From Antedon mediterranea (Eukaryota; Animalia; Echinodermata): a stretch of DNA of 64,000 nt. The notes beneath the pieces are model-generated. The model searched no databases. It saw only the letters and a program-made list of their open reading frames with translations, and was not told the DNA's origin. Location: NCBI RefSeq assembly GCF_964355755.1, contig NC_092677.1:6532101-6596100 (forward strand). Direction: 5' to 3'. Every line of letters begins with the position of its first letter. Position 1 is the first letter of the stretch. Shown piece by piece: positions 1 to 17,629 of this stretch. A program made the position numbers and the translations under genes.

Positions 1-3000
1 TAAAAATGATGATATATATTCCTATTCATATAATTTTTCTACTGTATTACCAACCAAAATCTCTTCGATGAAATTAAGTAATTATGGATTCACAGGTTGT
101 TATTATCAGTGCTGGATATCAACAGGGATGCAAATAATGATAAGCAAAAGTTTAAATCAAAACGGCGAAATGTTTTAGGTAACTCGGTCCGGTAGAGTTG
201 TCGTCGACCGCCGTAGGCGTATGTTATATAATTTTTATTCAAACTAGAGGGTGAGCTCGCTTTGCTCGCTCCTCTTCTAGGAAGTGTAGATTATGACTCA
301 GGTAAAAAGGTTTTAGGACATTCTTGCCTGGACGTTTTCGGTCGGTTACTATTAGTTTAATGCTATATATTCATAAAACTAAACCTACTCACTAACCTGT
401 TTTACAGTGGGTTAGATGGTTAATATTAATAACGTTTTACGTATAGTGTTTACAGGAGGGAAGGTCGCAGGACTATTTTAAGAGGGTTGCCCAAATAATC
501 CAGGGCTGTAGACACTGAGTATTTGAGCAAGCTAATTGTTAAATGACACCCCTAGATGGCCGCAAATTGTACTCTCGCACGTAAAATCCATGATAAATTG
601 CATTTTTAGTAAATTACCAATGGTTTAATTGAAGTCAACACTGTGACTAATCCCTCACTATTCAATCAAGAGTTTTTTATTTTACTACTATAATGTTAGA
701 AAGTGGATTGCGTGATATGAAAATAGATTTGTAGTAAGATATAATAAGATACGTTTTTGTCTGGTTATTAGGTATTCATGCACTGATAAAGCGGAGAATT
801 ATCTTTTTAGCGTTTCATTTAAAATAAATTTGTTAACAAAGAAATATTTTGGTTGTGAAGGGCGGTAAATTCGTTGGCGCCAGATGCGATAAAATACACA
901 ATATATCTGAAACACCGTTATGTAGATTGTGTGTGAAATATGTGACATGACAGTTTACACAAATAAGAAATTAAAACACAATCGACCTCATATTACTATT
1001 GTAAAGAAATGTATGTTCCCATCGTAATTGACCCTCTTGGAACAATTTCAAAAAATGCAAAAAAAGATGGCATAAATGGTTAAGAGCTCAGATGTCGACC
1101 ATCCTGGAAACACTAGCACACATATATTGAGGAAGCTGTTATGTCTCTGGGGCTCTTATTTCGTTTCGTTTCCCAAGGTGAGACTCGATCTCGGTACCAC
1201 CGAGCCATGCACAACTGACTAAAAGTTGTAGAAAGATTCCTCCGTGTATTTACTATGCAACGTCACTTTGGATAGATTATTACATACTATGATTTTTTAC
1301 TATGATGACATCTTTAAAAATATATAAAAAAAATGATGCACTGTCAAACAATATACTTTTAAATTTAATATGAACATTTTTAAAGAAGAAAATTAATATT
1401 AAGTTTGTTATTTCGGCCTAAGAAAATGTTATAATTTGTTTGATTGTCATAATTATTTTTTTTCAATTTAATATGCAATTAATGATGACTTAATCAACCT
1501 TTGTTTTCTTAATTTCCATATTTACATATGATACACTTTAAGAAAATAAAATGCAAAATAGGTGTTCCCGAGCATTCTGAAGATCTATATTAATGTATAA
1601 CAAACTGACGTCCAGAGCCATATACATTAATAATAATAATTTATTTCGGAACTTCACTTTTGTAACAGTGGCACACTTCACATTTTAAAGGTGCGTCCAA
1701 CAAAAAATATATATAAGAAAGCACAAAAATAGACAAAAAACATAGTTAATCTTACTTAAACTACATACGGTAACATGTAATAAAACCCATTCATTCCCCT
1801 CCCTCCTCTTCTCCAAAAATAACAAGTACAACATATAAATTAAATACAGTGCATGATTATTCTTAATCTACAAAACCAATAACTAATCACCCCCACCCAC
1901 CCACCTTACGTACAACATGACGGAAATATAAATACAACAACATTTTTTCTCAATAATTACAATAGGAAAAATATAATAACCAGTGGTAACAAACAGAAAA
2001 TTAGATTAGAACCAGTATAATTGTTTATGCAACCACTTAGACCATAACTGTTAATATGCATACTATTGTATTTACAGTAACTGTTTATACAAATATAACT
2101 AGGCAAAAGTAAAAGAATTATTATGACGAAAACAATTAACAGACACTTTTAAATAATTAGTTATCTAAAAAACTAAACCTAATTTTACTATTACAAAATG
2201 ACACTGCAATACAGAACCAGACGCCTCTCAATTTATGTATTTTTTTGATTAATTAATTGAGAGCGCTTTTTCCATAACCTTTTAACATATGCTTTACAAA
2301 ACCTATCAAGAATATTTATAACTTCCTTGCTGAAGAGATAATTATCTTCCCAGAGTAAGATGTAATTTAACATCAGAGTTCCCATTAATGAATAACTCCC
2401 AAATTTCATTATAATCAAATGATTGCAGTTGTAACTTTTGGCTCTGTAATCAGTGATGATCATCTCGTAATCAGGCTTAGTTAAGCTTTATTATAATCAA
2501 ACTAGTAGATGCCGATTTGTGGAGAAGTTTTTAGATTTAGGAAATGATTTAAATAATGATAGAATTTGTATTGCGGTGTAGGCACAAAATAAATGGTTTT
2601 TAGTGGGGAAAATCAGCGTGTGATCAGGGAAGAGTTAAATGAATTAATTTAACTCTTCTCAGGTGTGATGGAAGGATTTCAATGATTTTGAGTAGGGCCT
2701 ACACTACAAAAAAGTGACTATTGTCCTGTATGAATAATTAATGGATGAAACTTTAGGCCTAGAAAGAACAATCATGTATAGGCCTATGCCTAGGTCTCCA
2801 GAAACAGTGTAAATGTAATGTGGCACTCTGCACACAACACTAGACTGTGTTACTCTCTCTATTGTCATTTATTACTAGATTTTTTTTTTAAACACAATAC
2901 TTTTCCCCCGAAAAATCATAATAGTGATTCACTTTGAAAAAAATGGATTTTTTGTTTTTATAAGTGAAATCATCATTTGGTGAGTAATTGAATCATTTTG

Positions 3001-4140
3001 TAAAACTACAAAATGGCCTATTCGATGTTTGATTTTATTCATTTTAATTGTTCATGTTTTGGGGAAGAATACATCGTTAATGCCGTTTACATGTAATACG
3101 TATATTTGTATGTATTATTTTACCTTTCAAATGTATTCACAAAGTGTTAAGTACCGCTAATAAGATTCACTATACATACATTGCATGTTCTATTATTTGC
3201 ACAGGGCTGTATTACAGATACAAAGGAATGATTAGCTACCATGACAATACCAATTTCGTTGAAATAAGTTCAAGTGTCTGTAGTAACAACAAGTCAATCC
3301 AAGAAAGCCAGATCAACGCTGCTAATAATAATGTGTCGTTTACAGTTAACCGAAATCGCAAGAATACTGAACACATGACGTAACTATGAATGATCAAGGT
3401 TCTCGGTATTTGGGTCGTGATTAATGGCAAGGAGTTTTCTTCCATTGTCATTAGTGACAATCGCATTTTTATTTGTATATTTCAACGCTGGACACTTCGC
3501 CTCGTCAAAACCTATAATAAGATTGATTTTCCTTGCCTTTACTGGCTACTAGTAATATCAGGGAAAACTCTTCCTTGGTAATATGTAGTGAATATCTTTA
3601 TTAATATTAGTTGGTTTGTTTTGAGCTGTTTTTCCTCAATAGTGTGATTCAAACTTATTTTGAACATACGAATTACAGTGAAAACATTATACATTACTTT
3701 AAAAAAATCATTTTATGCAATAATTGTTTAAACAATATTAACTGACATTGCACAACATTAACAAACACAAACGGTATATTAAATGTATCTACAATTGTAA
3801 TATTCACATCACACCGACAATTATTTTGCAACGGAATTTATATATACACTATTAATTATACTGTTGCTGGAATTAAATGGGAATATATTGATGACAAATT
3901 AAGGATAATAATAGTGAGGAAATGTGTATATTGGTGGTAAAATAATAACACAATTTATTTAAGAAAAAGGTATGGGTAAAATACACTATAAGTTGTCTTT
4001 ACAGTACATTATTTTTGATAATAGCACCATTGAGGAACAATTTTCCCTCATATCTCGCCAGTAGCATTATGACGCTAAATACAGTTATTAGGAAAGCCTT
4101 AACAGTTCACTCATTTTCATTCTCTTCTGTAGCTGAATTA

Positions 4141-6423
<2,283 letters not shown>

Positions 6424-9400
6424 AGTTTTAATTGGAGATACCAATTGCAATTGATGTTTTTGATAAATTCAGAAGCTGGTTTATTCTGAAAAAAAATGTA
6501 GATCACGGTTAATAAGGCCTAACAATAAATTAGGAATAACAAATTGCGAGACGGAAATTTGAAAGTCGTTGAGTTTCAAATGAGATAAAAAGTTTAACAA
6601 AAAAGTTTGAAACTTGTATTAAAAACCTATTTGAACCATAATTATTAATCGAAAGCCCTGTGTGTTTTTGTCTTTTCTTGTGATAATTATTTGACCTTGA
6701 TAAAGATTTAAAAAAAGACGAAAGGACAAATTGTACTATCATAACTAGTTAACTGTCACGATTTACCACTTTTATAAAATAATTTTTTTTTAAATTATAT
6801 CATATTACACAAGTCACTTGTTTAGACTTTTCGCTGGCGGATACGTTCCATTTGAAATGAAATAGTAGGCGCCTCCTACAAACAAATGCATAGGAAACGC
6901 AATGCATACAGTACATGCATATTGTTTTATCATGTTCTAGTAGTTCCTGTTTGTTTGTTAAAAAGATAAAACAACAATTATAGTGAATGTTATATTTAAT
7001 TCCATTAACGAATAGATGCACTGATTATATTTAAATAAATTAGTATAAAACTGACTCCAAATAACGATCTTTAGTTGATTATCATCAGAAATGAACAATA
7101 TTTTGTTCAGTTAACAGGGATTTTCCCGAATAAAATTGGCAACATTTCAGATGTTATTATTTACGTCCATATTAATGTTAGTATAGGTCTACTCGTTCCT
7201 CATGATTGTTTAAAAATAAGCCATCAAAAAGCAGCAAGATCCGGCCGCTCCAAATGTAAACACAATACCCACCATGATTTTATTGCAGTTTTTGGGATAT
7301 ACAGTAGGCCCACACGATATACAGTATTGAATTATACAGTAATAGGGCCTATTATTTAACTTTTGTCATAGCATTTTTTTATAATATAGGATTTCAATAA
7401 TTACCGGTATAAAATAAAAATAAAATTGATTATCAATAATTAACAACAAATGTTGTGTATCGTCACAAGTTGATGTAATTTCTATTATCAAGATACAGTA
7501 TATCAAATTTTATTTCGGTGGCTATTTTACCATTTTTAGAATAATAATGCTATATATAGACTATATGACGTCATTTGACAATAATATTGGATTTCCAGGG
7601 AAGAGTGAAATTCACTTTGATACTTAACAGTCAAAATACACTTAATATTTAAAGCGGTATGCTTTACCCTAACTAACGTTTTGTTTGAAACCCGTTATTA
7701 TTGCATGTTGATTAGTAAAGAGTACGAAACAATACTACTTAATTAACGGTAAGATAAGAACACCATACGTTCCAGGAACAGTTACAATAGGCCTAATTCA
7801 AAGGTAGCACGTGTTAACTATGACACAAGTGCGGGTCGTCGCGGGTACATTTTAAATGATGATGTAATCCGGTAAATCGCTATAACAGACACTTGTGAAT
7901 ATAATTACCCCATACTGATTACATCATGGAGGAATTCCGTAATAATTATACTAAAAGAAGAAGACTACAAACAAGTAAAATAGATAATACAAATAATAAA
8001 TGTTTTGAGCGCAATAGCAGGTCTCAAAATAATGTAATGATGTGAAATAGAACATTATCTTTCTCAGTGATGAAATTATTTGTTCCATTGCACGAAATAT
8101 AATTTTAATGAAAAAGTAGATGTAATCTGTGTAGAAAAAATAATATTAGTTTGAAATGTACTGTTTGTCTACTTAATTTAGAGTGTGTAAGTTTGTCTTT
8201 GAACTGAATGCCTACGGTATGCCTAGTGTTTAACTTTTCTCAGAATCGGATTGCAAGTGCAATAATTATATAATAATAATTTAACATAAATACGATCTTG
8301 TTTTGACAGGTTTTTAAATATTTTCACTATTTGGCGAAGAACATCATTTTAGTGTGAGTCAAATACTGTTTTTTATACGGAATTTTGTTATTCTGAAAAA
8401 AAAGTGATCAATCAAAGAATAATTTGATATATTAAAGTGAATTATTCTTAAACTTCTCTTACCGTTTCACAAAGTGATATGTATTTCGTCTGCTGCTTTA
8501 GTCACATACACAATTCCTTAAACAACTAACAACCGTACATTACTCCCTTTAGGATTATTAGTACTGATTGGGCCCAGCTCTTTAACTTAATGATTCAACG
8601 TATGATGTTACACGAAATCCCCTTTGGTATGTGATACATTGCTTTTCAATGGATTATTTAGAATTGGGTCATATTTTGGGTCAATGGCCTAGCGGACAAT
8701 GACCATTATCGATTATCCTTCTGTACAAAATGTTACTTAAGTTAGGTAGAACGAAGAAGGTGAGGTTACCCATACCTCTCCTTGTTTCAGAAAAGTAGAC
8801 AACTTTACAAAAATAGCCCATAGGTTTTTCTCTGATAAATTATCATTTATCAATTTTTAAATTAAATTTAATCTAATGTATTTATTCTTAATAGCGCATT
8901 ATATTAAAAAATCTCGATGCACTTTGATTGACTAAAGTAGTGTCGTGTACTAACGTATAATAATAATATTTATTCGGCAAAGGTTCTTAAAAGAAGTACG
9001 TTTTACATTTCATCTTGAGAAAGTAATAGGCATGAGCCCAAACAGAAAACTGTATTTACTCCGTAGCGAGACTGAAAAAAGAACGTACTGGTAACCATGG
9101 AGGTATAACATATTATACCTCATGCTGTATACATATATGTAACGCTATTGAACCGTATTATTTTGTAAACATAAACACTGTACTGGTATATCGTGAAATA
9201 ATTTGATAATTAATTATTCCATGAAAAGAAAGATACAGTACTTCCTGTGTGATTGTATCGGATTATTTTCTGTTTACTTAGTTATAAAGCGTTCATGATA
9301 GTTAACTGAATCAAACAATACAAACAAACATTGATGCATGTTTGCTAATAACTTTATGTCTTTAAATTAGAATGATTATGGCAAATTTTTTCAGGAAAAA

Positions 9401-10004
9401 TGGGTCAATTTGAATTTTAAAAAATTATATAATATTGAAACAACAAAAAAGGGATATGGAAAAAAACATTAAAATGTAATTGTACAGTATGTTATTAGAT
9501 TAATTTTTACAGGTTTTCCACAAATTCATCTTAATCATTTAATTATATCAGATGTTTCAATTCATCAGTATTATATATAAAAATCTATCGTAAATGTATT
9601 ACTTTAATGGATAACTAAAACAATTTAAACATACAAAAAAGACCTGGAATTGTAGGAAACTCGCTAACTATGGACAGTAAATGACAAATTACAGAAACAA
9701 AAAATAATACAGCTAGCTTTCAATTACAGTATCAGAATCACAGTATGCACTAGGTCTACTTAATTATACTGGCTAAATGTTTCATGAGCCAATATATAAA
9801 TCCAATTAAGGCAAATAGATAAATAAATAAAAAATAAATGACAAGTTAAACATGTTATTGCACATTATAAAATTTTGGTTCATGAAGGAGATACAGTACA
9901 TAAGGAGATACACCAGTAGAAGGGTTTACCAAGAAGGGGTTTTACAATTCTTTTCATGGTAGAGATAAACACAGTAAACCCTATAAAACAAAGTGTTCCC
10001 TTAA

Positions 10005-10544
10005 AGATGTATTGTCCCTTTGACTAATTCCCCCCAAATTTTTTTTTTTTATTTTGAAAAAAAGTGGGTCATTTTGAAGTATCATAATAGTTATTAACTT
10101 TCACCAAAAATTAGGTGAAAAAAAATAATTTAACCGAAATACAAAATAAAATAAATAAATAAAATAAATAAAGTTTTCAATCAAAACATATCTCATAATG
10201 CAACGCACTTATTTGGCTACTCTGTATGCATAATCATAAAACTTCCTCTCGATCGCGATCTGTGTGAAAACACCTTCTCAACCGTGACAAGTTGTAAACA
10301 ATCCTAATTAGCATCATGCATAATGCATACTCATGGTTTGAAATCTTTGTTTACTTTCGCTTGCGACGATTTCCCAGTACGAAATGTAATCTAATTAATT
10401 TACCTGTTAATTACGTAAAATTGTGGTTTTTGGCTCGAATTTTCGACTTCAAGTGAATAACTTTAATATTACTTTGATATGGCCAATTTAAATTTAGAAT
10501 ATTTTTTTTTTTCATTTTTTTGTGTTTCAAGGGACAATACATCT
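10005..10544. mobile_element. Kolobok-like non-autonomous DNA transposon
   Basis: TIR AGATGTATTGTCCC / GGGACAATACATCT flanked by TTAA on both sides (10001-10004, 10545-10548). Confidence 0.75.
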
Positions 10545-11548
10545 TTAATGTGTCTGTGAAGGATCCTCTGTGAATAGGAGGGGTTCTACAATTGGATTTC
10601 TTTGGTCACTGACTCTGATTAAAAAGAGATTGGTATTGTAAAACAATAGAATATAATGATAAATTAGATTGTTTTAGCTCCTAACTCATGAAAAAGTCTA
10701 TTAGTCTACAATAACATTTTTAAATTTTAACTTCAGTTATTTTATTTATTTATCTATATTGCACTACAATTGAATCAGACACTTTTGTTAATGTTTTGGA
10801 TCAAGTATATAACACGCAGAATATTGTCCTCAATTCAAATCCCTTTTACTGAACCAACATTTAGTTGGTTTATATGAAATTGTCATAACTTTACTTGTTG
10901 TATTACTTATAAATTACAAATTAATTTCTAAAAGCTAAATGCTTGAACATAGTAAAAAAAATATTTCTTCCATCCATGTACTACTGTACTGTATAGTAAA
11001 ATTTTTTTTTGTCTCGAAAAATGGCCAAACTAGATATAATCAAATAAAGATTCAAATGTCGAATCATTAATTACCACATATTAATTGTACATTATTTAAA
11101 CATAATAGATGCATCTATTTTAATTGTTTTAATTATTTAAAATAAAATTCAGTGTAATTAGTCATTTTAAAGAATTATAGAAGAGAAACTCATACACTTT
11201 CCTGATTATAGCATTTTTACCTAACTTTAAATAATTTTTTATTCAAAAAGCCATTATGTAGTAGGCAATTGTTGCACAGTATCTTTGACATTTGTGCTTT
11301 ATAGTTACGAAAAATAACCATGGATGAAAATGTATCCATATTGACGACAAATAAATAAAATTCACGACAACATTATTCCTTCTCTCCAATTTCTGTGAAA
11401 TAAAATTAGTTAAAAACATACTTACTAAGAAAAAAATGCCTTCTTTGGTAAGAAAATGTACTTCTAAAAGGTGCACCTATCCGAGTGGACCGGATCCGTC
11501 TTTTGTTGTACAAGAAAAACGCTGGTGGTACGGTACATAACAAAATGG

Positions 11549-11992
11549 TTAACACCCTTCAAAGAATGGATAAAGCAATAAGTTTGCTTGGACTCGTTCA
11601 CTTCGTATTAGGGTGATTGTTTTATTATAATGTCGTTCTTCATTAAGAGCAGGGTGTATTCATTGTGTTATTAACTATCATTATAAAACGGTTAACACCC
11701 AGAATGGATAAAGCAATAAGTTTGCTTGGACTCGTTCACTTCGTATTAGGGTGATTGTTTTATTATAATGTCGTTCTTCATTAAGAGCAGGGTGTATTCA
11801 TTGTGTTATTAACTATCATTATAAAACGGTTAACACCCAGAGTGGATAAAACAATAAGTTTGTTTGGACTCCTTCACTTTGCATTAGAGTGATTTTGTTT
11901 TATTTATAATATCTTTTTTCATTAAGCAAGGTGTATACTGTAATTCCTTGTAAGATATAATTATTGTAGTATTATATAAAACGGTTAACAAC
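11549..11992. repeat. Tandem repeat, 138-bp unit, ~3 copies
   Basis: AGA(A/G)TGGATAAA recurs at 11563, 11701 and 11839; copies 1-2 near identical, copy 3 diverged. Confidence 0.9.
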
Positions 11993-12484
11993 CTTCGTTC
12001 AAATACAGATGGATAGAACAAAAACATTTGTGTTTACTTTGTATTAAATTTAACAGTGTTTTCGTTTTGATTTGTCGGTTATCGTGTAAGAAATAGATGG
12101 TAACAATATTGTGAGAGAGCCCAGTTTAAAATAATAATAATGGCGATTGAAACTATAGTGATGTGATGTTACCGGCTCCTCCACGTGCTATTCTTGAAAG
12201 TTTTTGCGTGGTAATAATAATTTATTTGGAGGTAATGTTGACCTAAAATCAGTCCTTGACAACATGCTTGTTTCAATGTTGATTCGTTTTAACTTTTTGT
12301 TTTTAACTGCAATGTATAGAATGTGTAGTTATAATATTAAATCAAGAAATGAAAACGGGAAATTCATTTGTGTATGTACTTATATAATAATAAAGTACCA
12401 TCATTTAGGTAGTGTATTGGACCGTAATTTAAATTTTGGAATACAAATTATTGTTCAATAATTCAGAGTCAACTCAAGGGATCA

Positions 12485-13437
12485 GGGGCCGTATTCACCA
12501 ATCTCACTTAGGCTAAGGGAAATACTTACCCTTAAAATTTAAGAATTCCCTTAACAAAGGGAAACACTTAAGGGGTATTCACAAATGAGTTAAGGGATTC
12601 ACTTACCTAAGGAAAACACTTAATGTAAGGGTAAAACTTAAGGGTAAAAATAATCATAAATATTCATGAGTTGTCCCATTGTCCAATCACAGAGGATTTA
12701 ATTCCCCTATGGTCCAATCACTTTCCTCTCTAAAACTAATTTGCATATTTAAAAAAAGAGTAAGGGGTTGGGGGGACGGGGAGGATGAAGAGAAAAGTGT
12801 ATGGACGATGGCAGTCAAAACAAAAACAAGTAAATGAATATTAAACCTAGACTAATTTGTATGAGGATCAAGAAAAATAGGTCTAGCCTAGATGCTACTA
12901 ACAAACCAACATTCTGTGTAGGCCTAAACCTGTCTGTATTGAGGCATATGCATCCTAGGCTGGTTACTGGGCAGACCAACAGGGGGCCTAGCATCTCTAC
13001 CTAGCCTACTAGAATGGCGCTAATTTCTATTACAACGAAATGGGAATATCTCACTTAAAGATGTATTGTCCCCCAAAATCATGAAAAATTAAGATTTTTA
13101 AAATCGGACTTTGAATAGGCCATTTTGCAGTTTTAATGAAGTTGTTCACTTCCATAAGAAAAAAAACGGGGGAAAAAAATTATTTCACCTATAAAAAGAC
13201 AAAAAAAAACAGTTAAATTACCCAAAAACTCATTGTCTTCCAGGCAATTTGACCATTTTTTGCTTTAAATTACATTTTTCTCAGGTAGGCTAAATACATT
13301 TTTTTCAGACCCAATTTTTTGTGAGAGTGAATAACTATTATGTGACATTAAAATAACATATTCAACAACAAAATAAACAAAAAATATTTTTTTAGGGGGA
13401 CAATATATCTTTAAGTGTGATTGGTGAATACGGCCAC
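12485..13437. mobile_element. Harbinger/PIF-like MITE interrupted near its right end by a Kolobok-like element
   Basis: TIR GGCCGTATTCACCAATC / GATTGGTGAATACGGCC; internal repeated TAAGGG motifs. Confidence 0.65.
13059..13410. mobile_element. Kolobok-like non-autonomous element (same family as 10005-10544)
   Basis: TTAA|AGATGTATTGTCCC ... GGGACAATATATCT|TTAA. Confidence 0.75.
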
Positions 13438-14043
13438 TTGTTGGGGCAAAGATAGTGTCTTTGCTTGGGGCACGGCGGATGGCTGCTGGAAGTTAGTTTT
13501 CACAAACTTTGGCGGCGCTATTTTATTTGAAATAATTTGTGTGTTTTGTAAACAAAAGTGTGATCGATTTTAGAGGCTAGCCCTGCTCTAGCAACAACAT
13601 CCTATATGTTTACGGGATGTGTAGGCCTCGGTTATGCGTTAATTAATTGTTGTAAAGACATTATTTTGTTAATTGGATGATGTACCTATATCAAGATTGA
13701 TCTCCAAAGGTTTGAAAATGAGTTTAAATAATAGCAACGAAGACTCCAAACTAGCCTAGCTAGGGGTAGGCCTAGGCCTAGGCCTACTTGAGGTAGTAGT
13801 AGTAGGGGGAAGGTGGGGAGTAGGGGCAAGGTGGGGAGTAGGGCCCGGGCCCATCCTACTCCTCCGTTTTGTACTCGAGCGATGGTGGGATGGAGGTAGG
13901 CATTGGCCTAGCCATTATATATTTTAGGCCTAGGTCTAGCTTGGTGGTAGATGGTAGCTAGTCTAACCCAATTTCTGTGAGGAGTTAGTGTATTAGTTTT
14001 AGCCATATTATGGATTAGGAAATTACATTATTATTAGGCCTAT

Positions 14044-17000
14044 TAGTAGGGCGGCCAATGTGAGCTTTTTCATCATGGGGGGAATTTTCTGTTAATAGCA
14101 GGCAACCATGTGGAATATATCCCTTATGGGATGACAAAAAAGATAGGGGTGGATGCCGCTCTCAAATTTCAGGTCAAAGGTCATTTTCAAGGTTATAAGG
14201 TCAAATATGGTAAAATAGAGGTTTAAGCTGTTTTCAACAACATATAAGCTAATTAAAAGAAATGTAACCATTATTGGATCATTATTGACATATTGCTGTA
14301 GATGGTGAAGTTCATCAATTTTTCAACTTACAAGTTTAAAGGTCATTTCAAGGTCATAAGGTCAAATAGAGCACAGACCTGTTAATTATCGGTATTAATA
14401 ATTGAAATAAATATAATTTTCATGATAGCCTGGGGCTGATGGTTATAGTGTGGTGTCAAAAAGACCAGAATTGTACTGGGAAGATTTTTAACTTTTTGAG
14501 TCACTCCTGGAAGGTGTTCAAGGAATGGAGAGGATGAGTCCTAGAGTATCAAAATAACCGAAATTGGAGGCCTACTGGAATGTCTTAAATTTCATTTAAA
14601 AACGGAGAGGGTTTGTGGGTGGGGAGTAATGGGCGGCATGGGCACATGCCAAATATTCGAAATTTTTCAGGGATGGAAGGAGGTAATGCTCTGAGGTGGG
14701 TATTTCTTCAAGCACTGATATATAATGCCTACTGGCCATCTGGGTAACGGCAAACGATTGAATCACAACCACATATGCATGCTTTCTGTAACAACTTCAT
14801 CTGGCTCTTTAGTTTACATACACATGTAACAAGTTCCAAACTGACAACTGGGTTAGGGGCTTCCAAACAACCCGATTCATTTAGGCCACATACTGATAGC
14901 TCTGCCTGATAGTTGGCTCGTATGTTTAGGTTCTATGATGTCTGTATTCACCATAGGCGAGTTTTTTTTATTTTAAGTGTTTCCCGAAGTAGAAATACAG
15001 GTACTTAAATATTTATTGAGTGAAGTGAAATACTTAATATTTAAGGGAAATATATATCACTAGTGTTAATGGTATATAGTCACTGAGTCTAGATGGAGGT
15101 AGCACCAAAGAGTAGTTGTTATTATACAGTTCTGCTCAAGAGTACCATATATTTGGCAATATTAAACTTTAGTGTACACTGTACGTGGAAAGTCTTAATC
15201 TTTATCAATTCCATTTACAAGGAGTGGATGCGTTACAAATGATTTCCAGTATGACCTCTTCCCACAACCAGCAAATAATGACGTGCTGCAACCCTGGTAA
15301 TGGCATGGAAGCTGGTTAGATTATTCTTAATAGGTTTTCAACCACTTTATTGTTCACTATACCAGACATCGTCCATACTTTTGAAGGCTACTGTTACAAA
15401 GTGCATACTGTATCATTAATTAACATCAACTTTCATGTATAATTGCAAGCTCTTTGTTATTGACATAAAGAATGTCTAAAAACTTTGTGATATTTGTTCT
15501 CCTCCAAACCGATGAGTGTGGCCCAAAACACATACGGAAGTACAGATTAGTACATTGGGACTATCCTTTTAATCGTGTCACTGCTTTTATCCACCCCTTT
15601 CCAATGTAATGATCAAATACAACAAAATGACGAAATATCTAGGTAACTTGCATAAATACTTGCATAGTCACCAAATGTTTACAGCCATGTTTACTGCATC
15701 CTATAGTGCATGACCATCATGTTTTTACTGTAAGTTTTCTTCTGGAACATCTGTGGGTATTTCAACGCCATCCATCAAGATATGTGAAGTCATATTTGGT
15801 TAAAGATATTAAAATTGGGCTATGATCATACTCCAATGGTTGATCAGCAGATTTTCTGTCAGTTTTTATATACTTTATCGAAACAGTTGCCTTATAGAAA
15901 TCCGCAAAGGTTAAGAGCGATGCTTTCTCAGTAGCTCATGAAGTTCTAAGTTCTACTGTTTTTTTTCTTTCAATAAGTTGTTATTTTAAATATAAGATCT
16001 TCCTTATCATCTGTCAGTTTGAAAGAATATTGTGTATTATGTGTGATTCGTGATCAGTCTGACAATGTCATGCAGAACCTATCAATGAATTACAGCGTTT
16101 CTTGTTATACCAATGATTCTATTTTGAATTGATCAATCATCCACTCAGTGTTTAGAATATTGGTTCTGATAGTTTAGATAGGTAAATTTGTTTACCCTTT
16201 AACCTCATTTCTACAACTAATCCAATCGGTTTTTAAATGTGTTGGTGGTTTCAGAAATGACGACTTTGGTTGGCAAACTATTAAAATATATAATTACTAA
16301 TTGTGAAAAAGTGGATCTCCTATCAGTCCTTTGTGAAATTTAGGTTTAAAAAGTCTAAGCTGATGTCCTCATGTATTTCTGCTTAGATTGCATCTCATTT
16401 GAAGGAAGTCTTCCTTGGCTACACCCTCGAAATCTTTTGGAAATTTTCAATCAAGTCACCATGAATTCGTCTGTCATACAGGGTTGTTAGGCCAAGAAAC
16501 TTTAAACGATCTTCATATGAATAAGAATGGATAGCTGCAATTTGATTTGTCGCATGACGTTGTCCTCTTCAAGTGCGTTTATGTTTTTTTGGAGAAATGG
16601 ATTTCATACCTGGACATGTTTGTAAATAACGTTAAAACCGTCTTTATCCATGTGTATAAAGGACTTCTTAATTACTTAAGGAGTTTTATATTTGTTATCA
16701 CCGTCAGCCATGATAGCATAGATGCGAAGGCCTCAAGAAGAAGTCCCCAATTACCACTCCTTCCAACCTTGATAAAGTCCAATAGTTAGGGTTTTTGAAA
16801 ACAAAGACTCGATACCCAGGTTTCTCTTTCGAGATTTCTTGAAACAACAAACTTCAATAAAAACTTGTATCATTGAAATAATTTAAAAAATGTATATATA
16901 ATTACATTATAGGGGGTCTCTGACCCAAACAAAAACATCTCGACATTAGGTCATATAGGGGGTCTCTGTTTTCGAAATTTTTCTAAAAACAAATTTTTAA

Positions 17001-17628
17001 GTATTATTACATTATTATAGGTAATATTAATAATTTTTCTAAAAACAAATTTCTAAATATTACTGTATTACATTATTATAGGTAATATTAATATTATAGT
17101 AAAAGACCAATCTTTTGGCACATATGGCGTTTCATACATATAACACTTGACCTATTTTTTCCGACAAAAATCAAAACGATGACTGGTGGACAACATGAAA
17201 AAGACAAATTTACAACAGACTGGGAAAAGCCTATTAAAAAACTGTGTGTACTTTACAGAAATATGTGAACAACATTTTGAGAAAAATGACACTTTTATAT
17301 TTAATTTCCTATGTTCTTATGTGTAAAATTAAATGTTTATCTCATAATTACTATAATATGAAGCATCAGTTAATCTTCAGATATACCTTTGTGGATAGAT
17401 CTGATGATGTAGATGATTTTCCGTGAATAAAAAAAAATCCTATATTTTGACCTTGTTTGACCTCTTGACCACATAAACTGACCTTAAAACCCAAAACTGA
17501 AGATGGCATCCACCCCTATCGTTTTTGTCACCCCACAAAGGATACATTCAACATGGTTGCCTGCTATTAACAAAAAATGCCCCCCAAACTTTTTATAGAG
17601 GACTTTTGTGTATTTGGCCTCTCTACTA
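14044..17628 (-). mobile_element. Academ (AcademX-type) DNA transposon, decayed (element E1)
   Basis: Termini TAGTAGGGCGGCCAA / TTGGCCTCTCTACTA; subterminal inverted repeat (TTAATAGCAGGCAACCATGT...GATAGGGGTGGATGCC); left flank TAT. Minus-strand remnant RANYQA...ELVTCVCK...CICGCDSIVC (~14730-14930) resembles the Academ C-terminal Cys-rich region. Confidence 0.75.
16300..16600 (-). mobile_element. CR1/L2-clade LINE 3' fragment nested inside Academ E1
   Basis: Minus strand reads SYEDRLKFLGLTTLYDRRIHGDLIE, typical of the post-RT C-terminus of CR1-group ORF2; frameshifted. Boundaries approximate. Confidence 0.65.
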
Positions 17629-17629
17629 T

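Noticed and set aside
2233-2600. 76-aa ORF, possible LINE remnant
   Set aside because: No recognisable motif to support a call.
6500-7800. Scattered ACNGTTA/CCGTTA sites near ovo as an autoregulatory cluster
   Set aside because: A few matches are expected by chance in AT-rich DNA; enrichment cannot be shown by eye.
8463-8600. Possible upstream ovo exon (donor ACG|GTAAGA at 8462)
   Set aside because: Only a donor motif; no acceptor, transcription start or coding evidence.
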